64,000 nucleotides of DNA from a virus (IMGVR_UViG_3300045806_000063:1-64000); one strand, 5' to 3'. Shown: positions 38,630 to 49,639, numbered from the stretch's first letter. Made by a program: numbers and translations. Notes: a model not told the origin generated them from the letters alone.

Positions 38630-40813
38630 TTATATTGTAGCATTAAAGAATGTATCAGTGTTAGTCATTGGGTAAGTGCCAGTAGCAGATACACCACACT
38701 GAAAGAAAAATGAAGTATTAATGAATTCAAATGACGATGCAAGAATTGACTCCTCTCCATCAATACCTATATCGATAGAAGGATTATCAACTGTAGCTGA
38801 ACTGCTAATGACTGAAATAGGTATTTCTGATTCTAATAAGTAATCCAAAAATATATCCATTCCAGCATAAGAGATGGTAGATAATTGAGGATCCATCGGA
38901 ATGTTATAATTGGTAGAAGGACCTGCTATGAAGGTCACTGTGTAACTACAGATCTGAGTCAAGATATCCAGCATATTCGAATAAGGAGACTGGAGTGTAG
39001 AAGTCTCTAATTGAATGCCCATAAAGTTATTAGCTATCTGGGTTATGATTTCATTAAATGTATGAGCAGTCCAAGATTCTGGAGATAACCCTAACCTTAC
39101 GAAAAAATCATTATAGTTAGCATCTGACACACAAGCGTTAGTCTGACCACTATAAAAGGCTTGAACCAAAGATGTTAATTCTGACCTACCATGCATGTCT
39201 GATTCATTATTGATTACCATCAGATGTGTTATTTTATTACCAACGACATTACCGATATGACTGGTAAAATCAGATAGTGATAAAATATTTTGAGGCAGGG
39301 TTTGATTACTGCTAATAACTGAATAAGGGTTACTGGTGTCATTTCTAAGAAAAGAGCTTTCTAACTTACTGGTAAGCTGAGATTGAGAATAAAGCGGTGA
39401 CAGCATTATATCAGTAGTAGTGACACTAGGTATAGGTATACCTGTTAAATGCTCACTAAACGATGCTACGTTCGCAGAATCATACACCCATGTCCCTTGT
39501 AACACAGCTGAAGCATAAATATAAAGAGCAGCTGCATCTGAAGCAGTAATTATGAAGTTATTTGAGTTAACATCTGCTAGGTCTAAAGCTATCTTGTATT
39601 TTATAAATCCATTAGTAGCTAGATAAAACCACTGATTTATTTGTTCCATAGTTTGATCAATCAAGTCCACCAAGATATTATTTACTACATCCCCTAAAAT
39701 TACACCGGTGATAATATCATTAGGTTGAGATGTTTCAATCCCGGCTATTAGCGACTCGATATCTATATTGGTATTAGATGAATTCCTTAGACCTGAAGGA
39801 GTTAATAAGTTAACAAATTCTGCAGGAGTTAATTGAGTTGCTAACTCTAGATCAATAATACTTTCCCCATATGGGTATTGGATAATTTTTATATCAGGAG
39901 TAAGACCCTCTAAGGTTCCAGCATTAAGCTTAGTTAAAGCACTTCCCATGCTTTTCTGAACTGAGAAGGAGTATAGCTGTAAATTAAAAGGTAAGCAAAA
40001 CTTTTCATTCAGCAGATTAAGTACTAAACTAGTACCAGAATTTGCAATCATATAGTCAATATTACGATACAGGAATAATGCCTGATCGTAACTGATTATG
40101 TTTTTATGCTTTGCTAAATCAAAATAACCACTTAGGTAACTCCAGACATGCCATTGATGCACGTATATGGTATGACAGTTCTCTAATCTGATATTCACTA
40201 CCTCCATTACCAGAGCTAATGTGGTAAGCCCTTTAAGTACTGCAGGATAGTACACGTCTGTAACAGCATAGTTGCCATTATCATATCTGGAGACGAAGTT
40301 ATTTAAAAACTGTTGTAACTTTGGAATAAGGTTTACTTCGTTGGGGTCGATATAATTCTTATTGTAAAAAAGAATCTGACAATCCCCAGCGGCAATAGCA
40401 GTCACTGTATCCACAGGGTTAATGACTCCATAGAGTAGAGTCCTCTGTGTTGGGTACTGCGCTAGTAGGTCAGTGAAACTAGTGCCTAATGTTTGGAAGT
40501 CTGCTAAGGTCATTGGGTTAGCTGCAAGACTGGTAACTGTAAACGGTATCAGCTGTCCAGTATCCAATGAATAAACGCTGATATTAGTTGGGTCACTGTT
40601 CTCTGGCTTTGACCCAATATAGGGTTGTCCAGATAAGTTCAGATAATATTTCCATAGACTAGGGTCCTGACTAATGACCTCACCAGACCTGTACAGATAG
40701 GTATTCATCGCCGAAGCAGTGTATAAGGAGCTTATTACGAAGCTGTTTACAAAACTCAGGATATCGATAATGTAAGACTTATACGCATTCGATAACATAT
40801 TTTTTTCCATCAA
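38630..40813 (-). CDS. virion structural/baseplate protein (phiKZ gp128-like)
   Basis: WKYYLNLSGQ; 727 aa; synteny. Confidence 0.6.
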   Translation of the reverse strand: MMEKNMLSNAYKSYIIDILSFVNSFVISSLYTASAMNTYLYRSGEVISQDPSLWKYYLNLSGQPYIGSKPENSDPTNISVYSLDTGQLIPFTVTSLAANPMTLADFQTLGTSFTDLLAQYPTQRTLLYGVINPVDTVTAIAAGDCQILFYNKNYIDPNEVNLIPKLQQFLNNFVSRYDNGNYAVTDVYYPAVLKGLTTLALVMEVVNIRLENCHTIYVHQWHVWSYLSGYFDLAKHKNIISYDQALFLYRNIDYMIANSGTSLVLNLLNEKFCLPFNLQLYSFSVQKSMGSALTKLNAGTLEGLTPDIKIIQYPYGESIIDLELATQLTPAEFVNLLTPSGLRNSSNTNIDIESLIAGIETSQPNDIITGVILGDVVNNILVDLIDQTMEQINQWFYLATNGFIKYKIALDLADVNSNNFIITASDAAALYIYASAVLQGTWVYDSANVASFSEHLTGIPIPSVTTTDIMLSPLYSQSQLTSKLESSFLRNDTSNPYSVISSNQTLPQNILSLSDFTSHIGNVVGNKITHLMVINNESDMHGRSELTSLVQAFYSGQTNACVSDANYNDFFVRLGLSPESWTAHTFNEIITQIANNFMGIQLETSTLQSPYSNMLDILTQICSYTVTFIAGPSTNYNIPMDPQLSTISYAGMDIFLDYLLESEIPISVISSSATVDNPSIDIGIDGEESILASSFEFINTSFFFQCGVSATGTYPMTNTDTFFNATI

Positions 40814-40830
40814 TTAAATTAGAGGGTTAC

Positions 40831-43632
40831 ATGGCCAAAACACCAGTGCGGATTAGATCAGCTTCATCTGATAACTCACCATCCACAAAAGAAGCATTAA
40901 AACGATGGGATGTTATAAAGATCCCAGTAGGCGATCTAGTTACCCCAGACCAGACCAGACATATAGTCAATGATGTTTTAGCAGCCCATCCTCACTTAAA
41001 TGCTATGGCACAAAAACATGCCGAGCAATATGAGGATTCAGAACAAATATACAAACTATGCCCTGACCTTGAGAAGGCAACAGATACGCTGGTAAGCAAC
41101 ATATTATCCCCGACCGATCTAAAGCAAGGGGATTTAAGTATAGGTATTCATCCTGACGCTCCAGCTGAAATGTCTGAGATGGTTAGGAAACATTTCAGTA
41201 CGGATGAAGGATATAACCTAAATAAGAATCTAGCCGAAACTATTAAAACTGCATTAGTTAAAGTCGGTGCGGATGTCAGGATTCCAATTCCGCCCAGTGC
41301 TATCAGCAATGTCATACATCAGAATACTTACGGACTTGAGTCTCTAGGTTCTACTTTGAGCATGACAGATGGTGACGATTTACAGTTACCCCTTATAGGT
41401 TACGTTGGTACTGGTAATATGTATAAGGATGGCCCTATAGCGTCTACAGGGCTAGAGAGTGCACTGAGTGATATGGGGAAAGCTCTTATTGATGGAGATA
41501 ACGACAAACGTAAAAAAGAGATTAGATCAGTAAATAAGGTTCTGCAGGATGAACGAGAAGCTCTATTGAAAAATGCTGGAGAAAAGCCATTAGTAGAGAT
41601 TACTGATAACCCAGGGTATTTAATTTACGGTCAGTTAAAAACTAACATTTCTGAATACAATCTTGATAACCTATCAGCTAATGCCTGGGGATTGGAATCT
41701 AATACTCCGACTAAATTAAATAACTCACCAGGGAATAAAACTGGTGATTTAAAAGAATATCGGGATCATACAGTAAAGCTACTACCTTATATCAAGTTAA
41801 TGTTTGATAGAAAGGATAGTGAAGAAAATAACCCAATTGTACTACATCCTGTAGCTTCTGCAGTAATACCTGTTCTTAATCCATCCACTAGGAAGCCTGT
41901 AGGTTTCTATCTGTTAACTGACGTAGATGGACATCCGTTACGGCCACATATGTACATGAACAGATTCAGACAGTTGTCAGAACGTCTGGATAGGAATGTT
42001 CGAGAACAGTCATCTAATGTCAGTTATTCTTTTGGTGTATCATACCCTAGTACTAATAACTTTGCAAGCACTGAACGTAGTAATGCTGCAATTTTATTAT
42101 CAGCCTATGAAGAGCTGATGGAAGAGGAATTAAGATCTGCTATTTTAAAGGGTAAAACCGGGATGGTGGTAGATATAGCTAAGGTAGATGCTGTATATCG
42201 GATGATGTTTGCTAGACAGTTAGCTAAACAAAGGACTAGAATTATCTATATCTCTGCAGAGAAAGTAAATTACTGGGCATATAACTATACTGAGGAGGGG
42301 GTAGGTGAATCCCTTATTGAAAAGACTAAGATCTACTCTTCATTAAGAGCTACATTGATGTATGCTAATTTAATGGGAGCTATAAAGTCTGCCATTAATA
42401 GAACGCTTGTCACAGTTACCCTAGATGATAACGAGGTAGACCCTAGAGGTACTGTTGAACTGTTATTGAATGAGATGGCAGGACTGATGTCTAATGGTTA
42501 CCCATTCGGTAAATATCAAAATGCCGATATCGTTGATAGCTTATTAAAATCAGGTACACAAGTACAAGTAAATGGGGGTAAATACCCTAACACTAAAGTT
42601 GAATTGGTAGATAGTAAACGCGATGTAACCCCTCCATCCCAAGAACTCCAAGACTATCTTAAAGAAATCCAATACCAAGGTTTTGGTGTATCGCTAGAAT
42701 TGATAGAAAAAGCTAGCAGTATAGATTTTGCAGCAGAGATAGATTCGATAAATTTAATGCAGTCTAAACTCATGGATGCTAAACGCATTATCACTTGTGT
42801 GGAAGCTGCAGATTTCATTAAGAAATATTTACGCTGTGGTGGTAAGTTTTATAATGAATTAAAAGCTACACTAGAGTCAAATAAGTCAAAACTAACTATG
42901 GATGAGTTTATAGCTGCATTAACAGTTATACTCCCTACAGCAGATGCGGCTAGACATGATGCGCAGTATAAAGCATATCAAGCCTATGTAACGTTTATAA
43001 CTGATGCTATTTCAGCAGTGGTATCTGAAACTGAATTAACTGGAATGATGAAAGGTGATAACATACCGAACCAGATAGCTGCATTAAAAGAAATATATAT
43101 CAATGAATTAAAACGAAGATATCTTAAATCAAGAAATATACTCCCTGAACTATTTGATTTAATAAACGACGTTGATGGAGCAGGGAAATCAGCCATCGAG
43201 GAACATATCAAAACTATGGCAGAAGCAGTTGGAACCTATTCTAGATATGCAGCAAAAGCTGAACATACTCAGGATGAAAAAGATAAAGCACAGGAAGATC
43301 TGCTTAACCCACCACCTCCTGAAGAAACTGACGAAGGTGTCGATAATGGAGATGGAGGTGAGAACCCTGATGAAACCACTCCAGATGACGGAAGCACTGA
43401 TGATATGGGTGGCGGAGATGAAGAACTGCCAGACTTAGGAGATGAGGGAGAGACTCCAGACGATGGTACTACGGATGAAGAAACTCCTGCCGATGAAGGA
43501 ACTCCACCAGAGGAAATTACCTCTGATGAAACAACCACAGGCAATGATGAAGATGAAGAGGAAGCAGAAACACCTGAGAAACCTGCTAAGGGTGCCGACA
43601 AGGATATTGATAAAGGTAATAAGAAAGATTAA
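40831..43632 (+). CDS. portal protein (phiKZ gp129-like)
   Basis: 933 aa; three GLES sites; acidic tail; synteny. Confidence 0.7.
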   Translation: MAKTPVRIRSASSDNSPSTKEALKRWDVIKIPVGDLVTPDQTRHIVNDVLAAHPHLNAMAQKHAEQYEDSEQIYKLCPDLEKATDTLVSNILSPTDLKQGDLSIGIHPDAPAEMSEMVRKHFSTDEGYNLNKNLAETIKTALVKVGADVRIPIPPSAISNVIHQNTYGLESLGSTLSMTDGDDLQLPLIGYVGTGNMYKDGPIASTGLESALSDMGKALIDGDNDKRKKEIRSVNKVLQDEREALLKNAGEKPLVEITDNPGYLIYGQLKTNISEYNLDNLSANAWGLESNTPTKLNNSPGNKTGDLKEYRDHTVKLLPYIKLMFDRKDSEENNPIVLHPVASAVIPVLNPSTRKPVGFYLLTDVDGHPLRPHMYMNRFRQLSERLDRNVREQSSNVSYSFGVSYPSTNNFASTERSNAAILLSAYEELMEEELRSAILKGKTGMVVDIAKVDAVYRMMFARQLAKQRTRIIYISAEKVNYWAYNYTEEGVGESLIEKTKIYSSLRATLMYANLMGAIKSAINRTLVTVTLDDNEVDPRGTVELLLNEMAGLMSNGYPFGKYQNADIVDSLLKSGTQVQVNGGKYPNTKVELVDSKRDVTPPSQELQDYLKEIQYQGFGVSLELIEKASSIDFAAEIDSINLMQSKLMDAKRIITCVEAADFIKKYLRCGGKFYNELKATLESNKSKLTMDEFIAALTVILPTADAARHDAQYKAYQAYVTFITDAISAVVSETELTGMMKGDNIPNQIAALKEIYINELKRRYLKSRNILPELFDLINDVDGAGKSAIEEHIKTMAEAVGTYSRYAAKAEHTQDEKDKAQEDLLNPPPPEETDEGVDNGDGGENPDETTPDDGSTDDMGGGDEELPDLGDEGETPDDGTTDEETPADEGTPPEEITSDETTTGNDEDEEEAETPEKPAKGADKDIDKGNKKD

Positions 43633-43645
43633 CTCTAGGTAATTT

Positions 43646-43666
43646 AAAACATATATTATCTATAAG
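43646..43666 (+). promoter_or_regulatory. early-type promoter core upstream of SLT
   Basis: AAAACATATATTATCTATAAG. Confidence 0.55.
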
Positions 43667-43782
43667 CTGTAGTACCTAACCTATCATATTAGAGGTGATG
43701 TATCATGTAAAAATAAAGGTTCGAAATAATCTGGGGGAAGCTATATGCCACTTCCTCCTTTGTCTATCACAGAGGTATAAAA

Positions 43783-44382
43783 ATGAAGATACTGCTATTA
43801 GCATTGTTAATTTTACTCAGTCCTAACTTATGGGCTAGTAAAGTTAACAATTCGGGTACTGTATTTAATGATTACAAAAGTGTCATTAAGACCCAAAAGT
43901 ACGATTCACTATTTAAGAAACATGAGGGAAAAGTACACCCTCATTTAAATCGTCACATGTTAAAGGCGATGGCTATAGTTGAATCCCGTCTAAACCCTAA
44001 AGCTGTTTCAAAGGAACATGCTAGAGGACTAATGCAAATTACACCTAGTACTTGGCGTTTAATAGTCAAACAAGACAAATCAATACCCATACGTGGGTAC
44101 TTTGATCCTAACTATTCTATATTAGCAGCAGTGACGCTACTACATATTGAATTAAACACTTTAGAGCATTTGCCTAATGGGCCTAATAAAGTGGATGTCT
44201 TGCTGGCTGCATACAACGCGGGAGGAGGGAATGTATCAAAAGCGATGGATAAATGTAACTCCAGGGCCTTCATGGCATTTAAACGCTGTTTACCGTCTGT
44301 GACAGGGAAGTCAAATGCTAAACAGACTGTTAACTATGTACAGGCTGTTAATGCAGTTTACAATGAACTAAGAAAAGAATAA
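43783..44382 (+). CDS. lytic transglycosylase (SLT) with signal peptide
   Basis: AIVES, ARGLMQI, LAAYNAG, YV motifs; hydrophobic N-terminus. Confidence 0.9.
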   Translation: MKILLLALLILLSPNLWASKVNNSGTVFNDYKSVIKTQKYDSLFKKHEGKVHPHLNRHMLKAMAIVESRLNPKAVSKEHARGLMQITPSTWRLIVKQDKSIPIRGYFDPNYSILAAVTLLHIELNTLEHLPNGPNKVDVLLAAYNAGGGNVSKAMDKCNSRAFMAFKRCLPSVTGKSNAKQTVNYVQAVNAVYNELRKE

Positions 44383-44408
44383 CCCACTTACTTATAGGCT
44401 ATTAACAA

Positions 44409-44639
44409 ATGGACAATTATACACTAACCCTCAGTAATGTATTTACTCAGCTTCTTATCGAGGCTTTGAACAAAGCTCCACTGCCTCGCATCTATACAGG
44501 ACCTTTGTTGCAGGAGTTATATCAACAAATTGGTTTACAGGAGCAGGCATACAAACAGACACTGGCTGATGAACTTGCTAAGAAACAGCAAGAAGCTGCA
44601 GAAGATGCTCAACAAAAACAAATGCTCCTAGATCAGTAA
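44409..44639 (+). CDS. hypothetical protein; frame stays open 53 codons past TAA
   Basis: ORF track plus manual translation of 44640-44801. Confidence 0.55.
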   Translation: MDNYTLTLSNVFTQLLIEALNKAPLPRIYTGPLLQELYQQIGLQEQAYKQTLADELAKKQQEAAEDAQQKQMLLDQ

Positions 44640-44815
44640 TTAGTTAGAGATCCAGAGCCTGAACCTGATGTACCAAGAACTGCACTAGATGCAGCGCTGG
44701 ATGACATACGAGCTGAAATGGCTCAGAAATATGATGCTGGGTTTGAAACAAAACAGGACTTTAGATTTGCCATATGGGCTCGCCTTAACGATACGATCTA
44801 AAAATTACGTCATAT

Positions 44816-44847
44816 ATCACCTTACCCTGCTAGCAGGGTAAGGTGAT
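44816..44847. repeat. perfect 32-nt palindrome
   Basis: atcaccttaccctgct|agca... Confidence 0.9.
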
Positions 44848-44876
44848 TGTTAAGTGGTTATTTTTTTTTTAGTTCA

Positions 44877-47456
44877 TTATGGCCGTAAGTAGTATGGTAT
44901 CAGTATATCAGTTCCATTCAAGTTAAACACTAGGTAATTTTCTGGAGTAGCAGGAAGAGCAGCACTAGTACCAGCGGCAGCAGCCGTAGCAGTACTTGAA
45001 CCTATAGATAGTCCGCCGCCAGCCATTACTACTGTTCCTGATGGCATCTCTACGATTAAGTTTCTAGACAATGTAATCGTACCATCCACTGCTGGAACAT
45101 TTTGTACAATGGAGAGAATTGACGTATTCTCAGGCACTCCTAATCCTTTAACAGGGAGGTTATTAGTAAGACCAGTTACATCAGTTACAGTTATTACATT
45201 TTGTTCACTAGCGGCGTTAGAGTTCGTAGTTATGTTTATTGCCGCAGCTACTGGAGCCGTAGCAGATTGTACTACCACTTGATTTGAAAATAAGCCATTT
45301 CCTAATAAATATAACCATCCTTGTCCTGTAGTAGGACCGCCTCCTGCTGCTGCTAAGAGTACGTCGTAGGTAGGATTGCCACTACTATAGAATGCAATGG
45401 CTGGGTTACTAGCTACGCTATGAGACCCGATATTCATGGTGGCTCCAGCTCCATTTAGATTAAAAGCATTAACCCCTGCATAATCCAGAATGACTCCAGA
45501 ACTATTTACATTAAATGCTCCAGGTATAGTTATTCCCTCACAGACAATATTTCCGCTAGTAATAAATGAACCGTCAGTTAGGAATCCTGCAACTGTAGAA
45601 TTAGTTGATAAATCAACTATGTTAATAGCCCCACGACTTACCCCATCTACAACCTCAGTACCAAAGTCAATCCCAGCACCATGTGAGACTCCTGCTGATG
45701 AAGTAGCAGAACTTGAAATACGGGAAGTAACTACATTGTTATTATCGTACCATTCCATAGCATGATTTCTACCAAATGCAATTGCTGTTCCTCTACCGTT
45801 ATCAAAGCCATTAGTTCCAGCGATAGCAAAGTTAGAAAAGATGATACCTTTATCAAAATTAGAAGTAGGTGTAGGTTTTCCATCGTTAGAGTTAATATGG
45901 AGTGCGGCGGAGGCAGTTCCTACATTGTAATGGTCTGCTAATTCTCCGCCGGAAGCTAATGCTAAACCCACAGTCATTCCATTGGATATCATTGCAAATG
46001 GATAGATTGGTACAGTGTTACCCATATTGGCTATATCTAACTCTGCTACGAGTAGTCCTCCGCCTACGTATGGGTCTCTGACTGCGCTACCATAATAAAC
46101 CCATCCGTCTGGTGTTTCTCCAAGATAAGCATAGATGTTAGCTCCATCTGGAATTATAGCGGTCAGATCACTAGATAATGTAATTGATACGTCTGGCTCT
46201 ATTGCAATTATTTTAGCATTGCCTTGTATTCCAGGACCGCCCACACCTTGTCCAACTGATACCCCTACTGTGCTGGTAACTGCTATCACCGGCTGCCCTG
46301 AAGCTGCTTCAATGCTAGTAGTCAGAGTAATGTCACCACCCCCTTCGGCTCCTAAGTTATTATTCCAAAAGAAACCAGAATAAGGGATGTTAGCAGTACC
46401 TGGATTATCAGGAGCGCCAGCTGATTGAGATCCAGAAAATATACCAATTTGGTTAATAGAACCTAGGACATTAAAGGCGCTAGCTTCAGGAAGATATGCG
46501 TATGGTTTAATTGTTGATCCGCCGCTGGTATAACTGTAAGCAGTATCAACCCAGGTGTTAGTTAGAGCTCCAAACTTTACAATTTTATCATGCTGTGAAA
46601 ATCCCCCTGCACCAGTAAAGAATACCCCATCTTCAATTAACCAGGTAGTATTTGTTCCAGCTACCGCACTATTTAAATGATAAGTTCCTGGAGATACAAG
46701 AACAAAACTATTACTTACTGTACTATTAGCAAAAGCTGTATCTGATGCAGTTACGCCACTTGGGTCCGCTCCTCGTGTGATTGGATTAACAGTGTATGGA
46801 GTATTAGAATCCAGATTGCCTAACACTGAATTCAGATTAGCAATTTGTGTTTTAAGAGTGTTTATATCAGATACATTAGTTGCTTGGATGTTAGCTAGGT
46901 TATTAAGTTTATTTGCTAAAAACATACCTGACTGCACTGGAGCACGTCTACCAGTCAAAGCATCTTCTACCTTTTGTAAAGCTGTAGTAACAGCAGTGAC
47001 ACCATCCAGATCCATAATAGAGTGTGGATGATTTGGCACTGGAGGATATTGCTGAGGTCTGTTAACTGTATTAAAGAAATCTATATCGGTAGGAGGAACA
47101 GAAAGCAATTGCAGAATCTGCAATGCTAGAGCATCTGAGTTACCTTCTGGTCCACCTACTGCTTGATAAGTCAGAGCAACATTACCTGATAAGGTAGGGT
47201 TGATTATCTTTATCCCAGTATATGCAGGTCGTCCAGTTAAACGATTTACACTAGCACTGTAACCTATTAAGATGTAGTCTACTCCTAGTGTCAGAAGCGT
47301 GCTAGATGGCAATGATACTACCACCATCGAATCCCTATAGAACAGTCCTTGTTCAGTGATTATAGCAGCTCCTGGACTTAAAATAACCGCATGTATCTCA
47401 TTAGGAACTAGATTACTTATCGCAGCCCCTGTATTATCAAATGGTAATAAAATCAT
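44877..47456 (-). CDS. tail fibre/spike protein
   Basis: phiKZ-type fibre N-terminal domain (FDNTG..NL.PNE.H; YQAVGG), beta-helix-like body, LPATP..YL...IPYY end. Confidence 0.7.
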   Translation of the reverse strand: MILLPFDNTGAAISNLVPNEIHAVILSPGAAIITEQGLFYRDSMVVVSLPSSTLLTLGVDYILIGYSASVNRLTGRPAYTGIKIINPTLSGNVALTYQAVGGPEGNSDALALQILQLLSVPPTDIDFFNTVNRPQQYPPVPNHPHSIMDLDGVTAVTTALQKVEDALTGRRAPVQSGMFLANKLNNLANIQATNVSDINTLKTQIANLNSVLGNLDSNTPYTVNPITRGADPSGVTASDTAFANSTVSNSFVLVSPGTYHLNSAVAGTNTTWLIEDGVFFTGAGGFSQHDKIVKFGALTNTWVDTAYSYTSGGSTIKPYAYLPEASAFNVLGSINQIGIFSGSQSAGAPDNPGTANIPYSGFFWNNNLGAEGGGDITLTTSIEAASGQPVIAVTSTVGVSVGQGVGGPGIQGNAKIIAIEPDVSITLSSDLTAIIPDGANIYAYLGETPDGWVYYGSAVRDPYVGGGLLVAELDIANMGNTVPIYPFAMISNGMTVGLALASGGELADHYNVGTASAALHINSNDGKPTPTSNFDKGIIFSNFAIAGTNGFDNGRGTAIAFGRNHAMEWYDNNNVVTSRISSSATSSAGVSHGAGIDFGTEVVDGVSRGAINIVDLSTNSTVAGFLTDGSFITSGNIVCEGITIPGAFNVNSSGVILDYAGVNAFNLNGAGATMNIGSHSVASNPAIAFYSSGNPTYDVLLAAAGGGPTTGQGWLYLLGNGLFSNQVVVQSATAPVAAAINITTNSNAASEQNVITVTDVTGLTNNLPVKGLGVPENTSILSIVQNVPAVDGTITLSRNLIVEMPSGTVVMAGGGLSIGSSTATAAAAGTSAALPATPENYLVFNLNGTDILIPYYLRP

Positions 47457-47518
47457 TATACTCTCCCTTAGAGCAATTAATAAATCGTTAACATATTTAT
47501 TTCAAGCATTTTATACCT

Positions 47519-47554
47519 TATCATCCTCTGGCATATATATGCCAGAGGATGATA
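47519..47554. repeat. perfect 36-nt palindrome
   Basis: tatcatcctctggcatat|atatgcc... Confidence 0.9.
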
Positions 47555-47563
47555 TCATTAATA

Positions 47564-49639
47564 TTAAAAATCTCTATCTACAGACACGGTGTAACTCCAG
47601 TCGGCCATACTGGTAACGGCCGATGCAATGCCGGTTAGCTTATTTACCACTCCTAATATACTAGGAGGGCTGGATACATCAATTCTAGAAACATAAGCCG
47701 AATATGGACTGGTATAATCAGCTGCCACCTTAGATGCTTGTATGTAAGAGGTGTTTGTGGTGGCGGTAAACGTAAATACATAACCAGTTATACCAAACGA
47801 GATAGTGATAGCCCCACCAGATAGATCACTGGCATCTATGGCTGTACCTACCATAATTGTAGTTGAGTTACCTTCCGGTATTCCAGTTGCCGTAGTGTCA
47901 ATGGCAACTGTATAGGTTATTCCTGGGACGGTTGTTAAAGCTTGATAAATTGCAGTAGTTGATGTACTACCGGCGAATGAAGCGTCTAATCCTACAGCGT
48001 TTCCCGGCGCTGGGGACATTGATAGCATAGAGATATGGGCGGAAGTGGTATCTCCTGTTAATGCATAGTTCCAATTGAGTGGGAAGATTATACTACCGAC
48101 ACCTGTCGAATCAGTAAAGATATGATTCGCTACAAGGTTATTTGTTTCAGGACTTAAACCAGAAATATTAAATCCCACTTGTAAACTATCATACCATAAT
48201 GCTGCAGGTAGCCATATAGGGGTCAAGGTTGCTCCACTCAGTTGGGTATAACATAGTAGTGGATTACTGACAACATCACCAGAAGAGTAACCACTTTCAG
48301 CATTAATGCAAGTCATGGATAGTTGCACATTTAAATTGCTATATCCTAAATTATGAGTTAGCGTCGCTGTAACACTAGTTGGTTCCCCTACAACTGGCAC
48401 AGATTCAAATGTTCCAGCGATAGCATAAGTGAGTACAGAATCTATTGTAGTAGGACCTACTGTAACTTCACCTACACATATACTGGGTTTTGTCACGACT
48501 CCATCTAAATACCAGAGTCCAGAAGTTGCAACGTATAACATCTGTCCAGCGGTAGTGGTACTAGGGGTGCCTGACTTGATATAGATTGGGGATAAATCAA
48601 AGCTACTATATAACAAAGTCCCATCAGTCGCTATCTGAACAAAAAGATACTTATGAGAATTTAGATCAGTTAGAGTCCAAGCCGTATCCACATCCGCAGA
48701 TATTGTAATGACTTTATTAATGGCTCCGTGATAATTATAGCCATCGGGAATCGATAATGTTAAAGGAACTTCAGTACCATAAATACCAATATTAAGACTA
48801 GCTGATTTAAATAGAAAAGGCAGTCCTGTATTACTATCCCCTAGACCATTTAACACTATGCAGCGTTTATTGGAACTAGAGTAAGGGTTTGCACCTAATA
48901 ATCCACTATCAGTTATCGCTGTATTTAATGCCGTAACAGTAGTGACAGCAGTTGATAATTCATCTACCGTTAACCCTGCCTGAGCCATGGACACTAACCA
49001 GTTTTGAAAACTACTATTTAACACACTGTAAGTAGATTCAAGATTCTGATATGCAGTAGCTAACTCTCTAACTACTCCATTCGGAGCTGTCATATTGTTA
49101 CCAATCGCTTCTAACTGTTTACCTAATACGAACACGTTAGCAGTTTGTGACAACAGATCTGTGATTTTTTGATTAGCTGTTACAGCCCCATCACCAACCA
49201 GACCTTGCCAGATTGTTAAATTGGCTGTATCAAAACTACCTAATGCTAAAATCTCTTCTAACAGTACAGTGTCTTTCACTCCACCTACGGCTTGGTAAGT
49301 AACGGTAACACTAGTCCATGCAGTTCTATTTTGTAATAGAAAGTAGGTATATGCTTCAAGTCCACACAGATTAAAGATAATAGCAAATACTGGAGACAAC
49401 ATATAGTCAGCGCCATAGACTAATTCGCGAGTAGCCCCACCTACTGTCTCTACGCCAGTTATAGTTAAGCCTAAAGCATAGAAAGGGCCGTTAGCAGTAA
49501 ATATAGCTGCAGATCCAGATACTGGCGTAGTTTCATCTACTACCTTATTAGCTACATTCGTTCCAGTTGAATCAAACGTGTATGTAATAGTACCAGCCAT
49601 TACTCCACTGGCAAAATACCCATCTAAAATATCACTCAT
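47564..49639 (-). CDS. tail fibre protein
   Basis: Same N-terminal family (FDSTG..N.V..E; GPFY; YQAVGG). Confidence 0.7.
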   Translation of the reverse strand: MSDILDGYFASGVMAGTITYTFDSTGTNVANKVVDETTPVSGSAAIFTANGPFYALGLTITGVETVGGATRELVYGADYMLSPVFAIIFNLCGLEAYTYFLLQNRTAWTSVTVTYQAVGGVKDTVLLEEILALGSFDTANLTIWQGLVGDGAVTANQKITDLLSQTANVFVLGKQLEAIGNNMTAPNGVVRELATAYQNLESTYSVLNSSFQNWLVSMAQAGLTVDELSTAVTTVTALNTAITDSGLLGANPYSSSNKRCIVLNGLGDSNTGLPFLFKSASLNIGIYGTEVPLTLSIPDGYNYHGAINKVITISADVDTAWTLTDLNSHKYLFVQIATDGTLLYSSFDLSPIYIKSGTPSTTTAGQMLYVATSGLWYLDGVVTKPSICVGEVTVGPTTIDSVLTYAIAGTFESVPVVGEPTSVTATLTHNLGYSNLNVQLSMTCINAESGYSSGDVVSNPLLCYTQLSGATLTPIWLPAALWYDSLQVGFNISGLSPETNNLVANHIFTDSTGVGSIIFPLNWNYALTGDTTSAHISMLSMSPAPGNAVGLDASFAGSTSTTAIYQALTTVPGITYTVAIDTTATGIPEGNSTTIMVGTAIDASDLSGGAITISFGITGYVFTFTATTNTSYIQASKVAADYTSPYSAYVSRIDVSSPPSILGVVNKLTGIASAVTSMADWSYTVSVDRDF

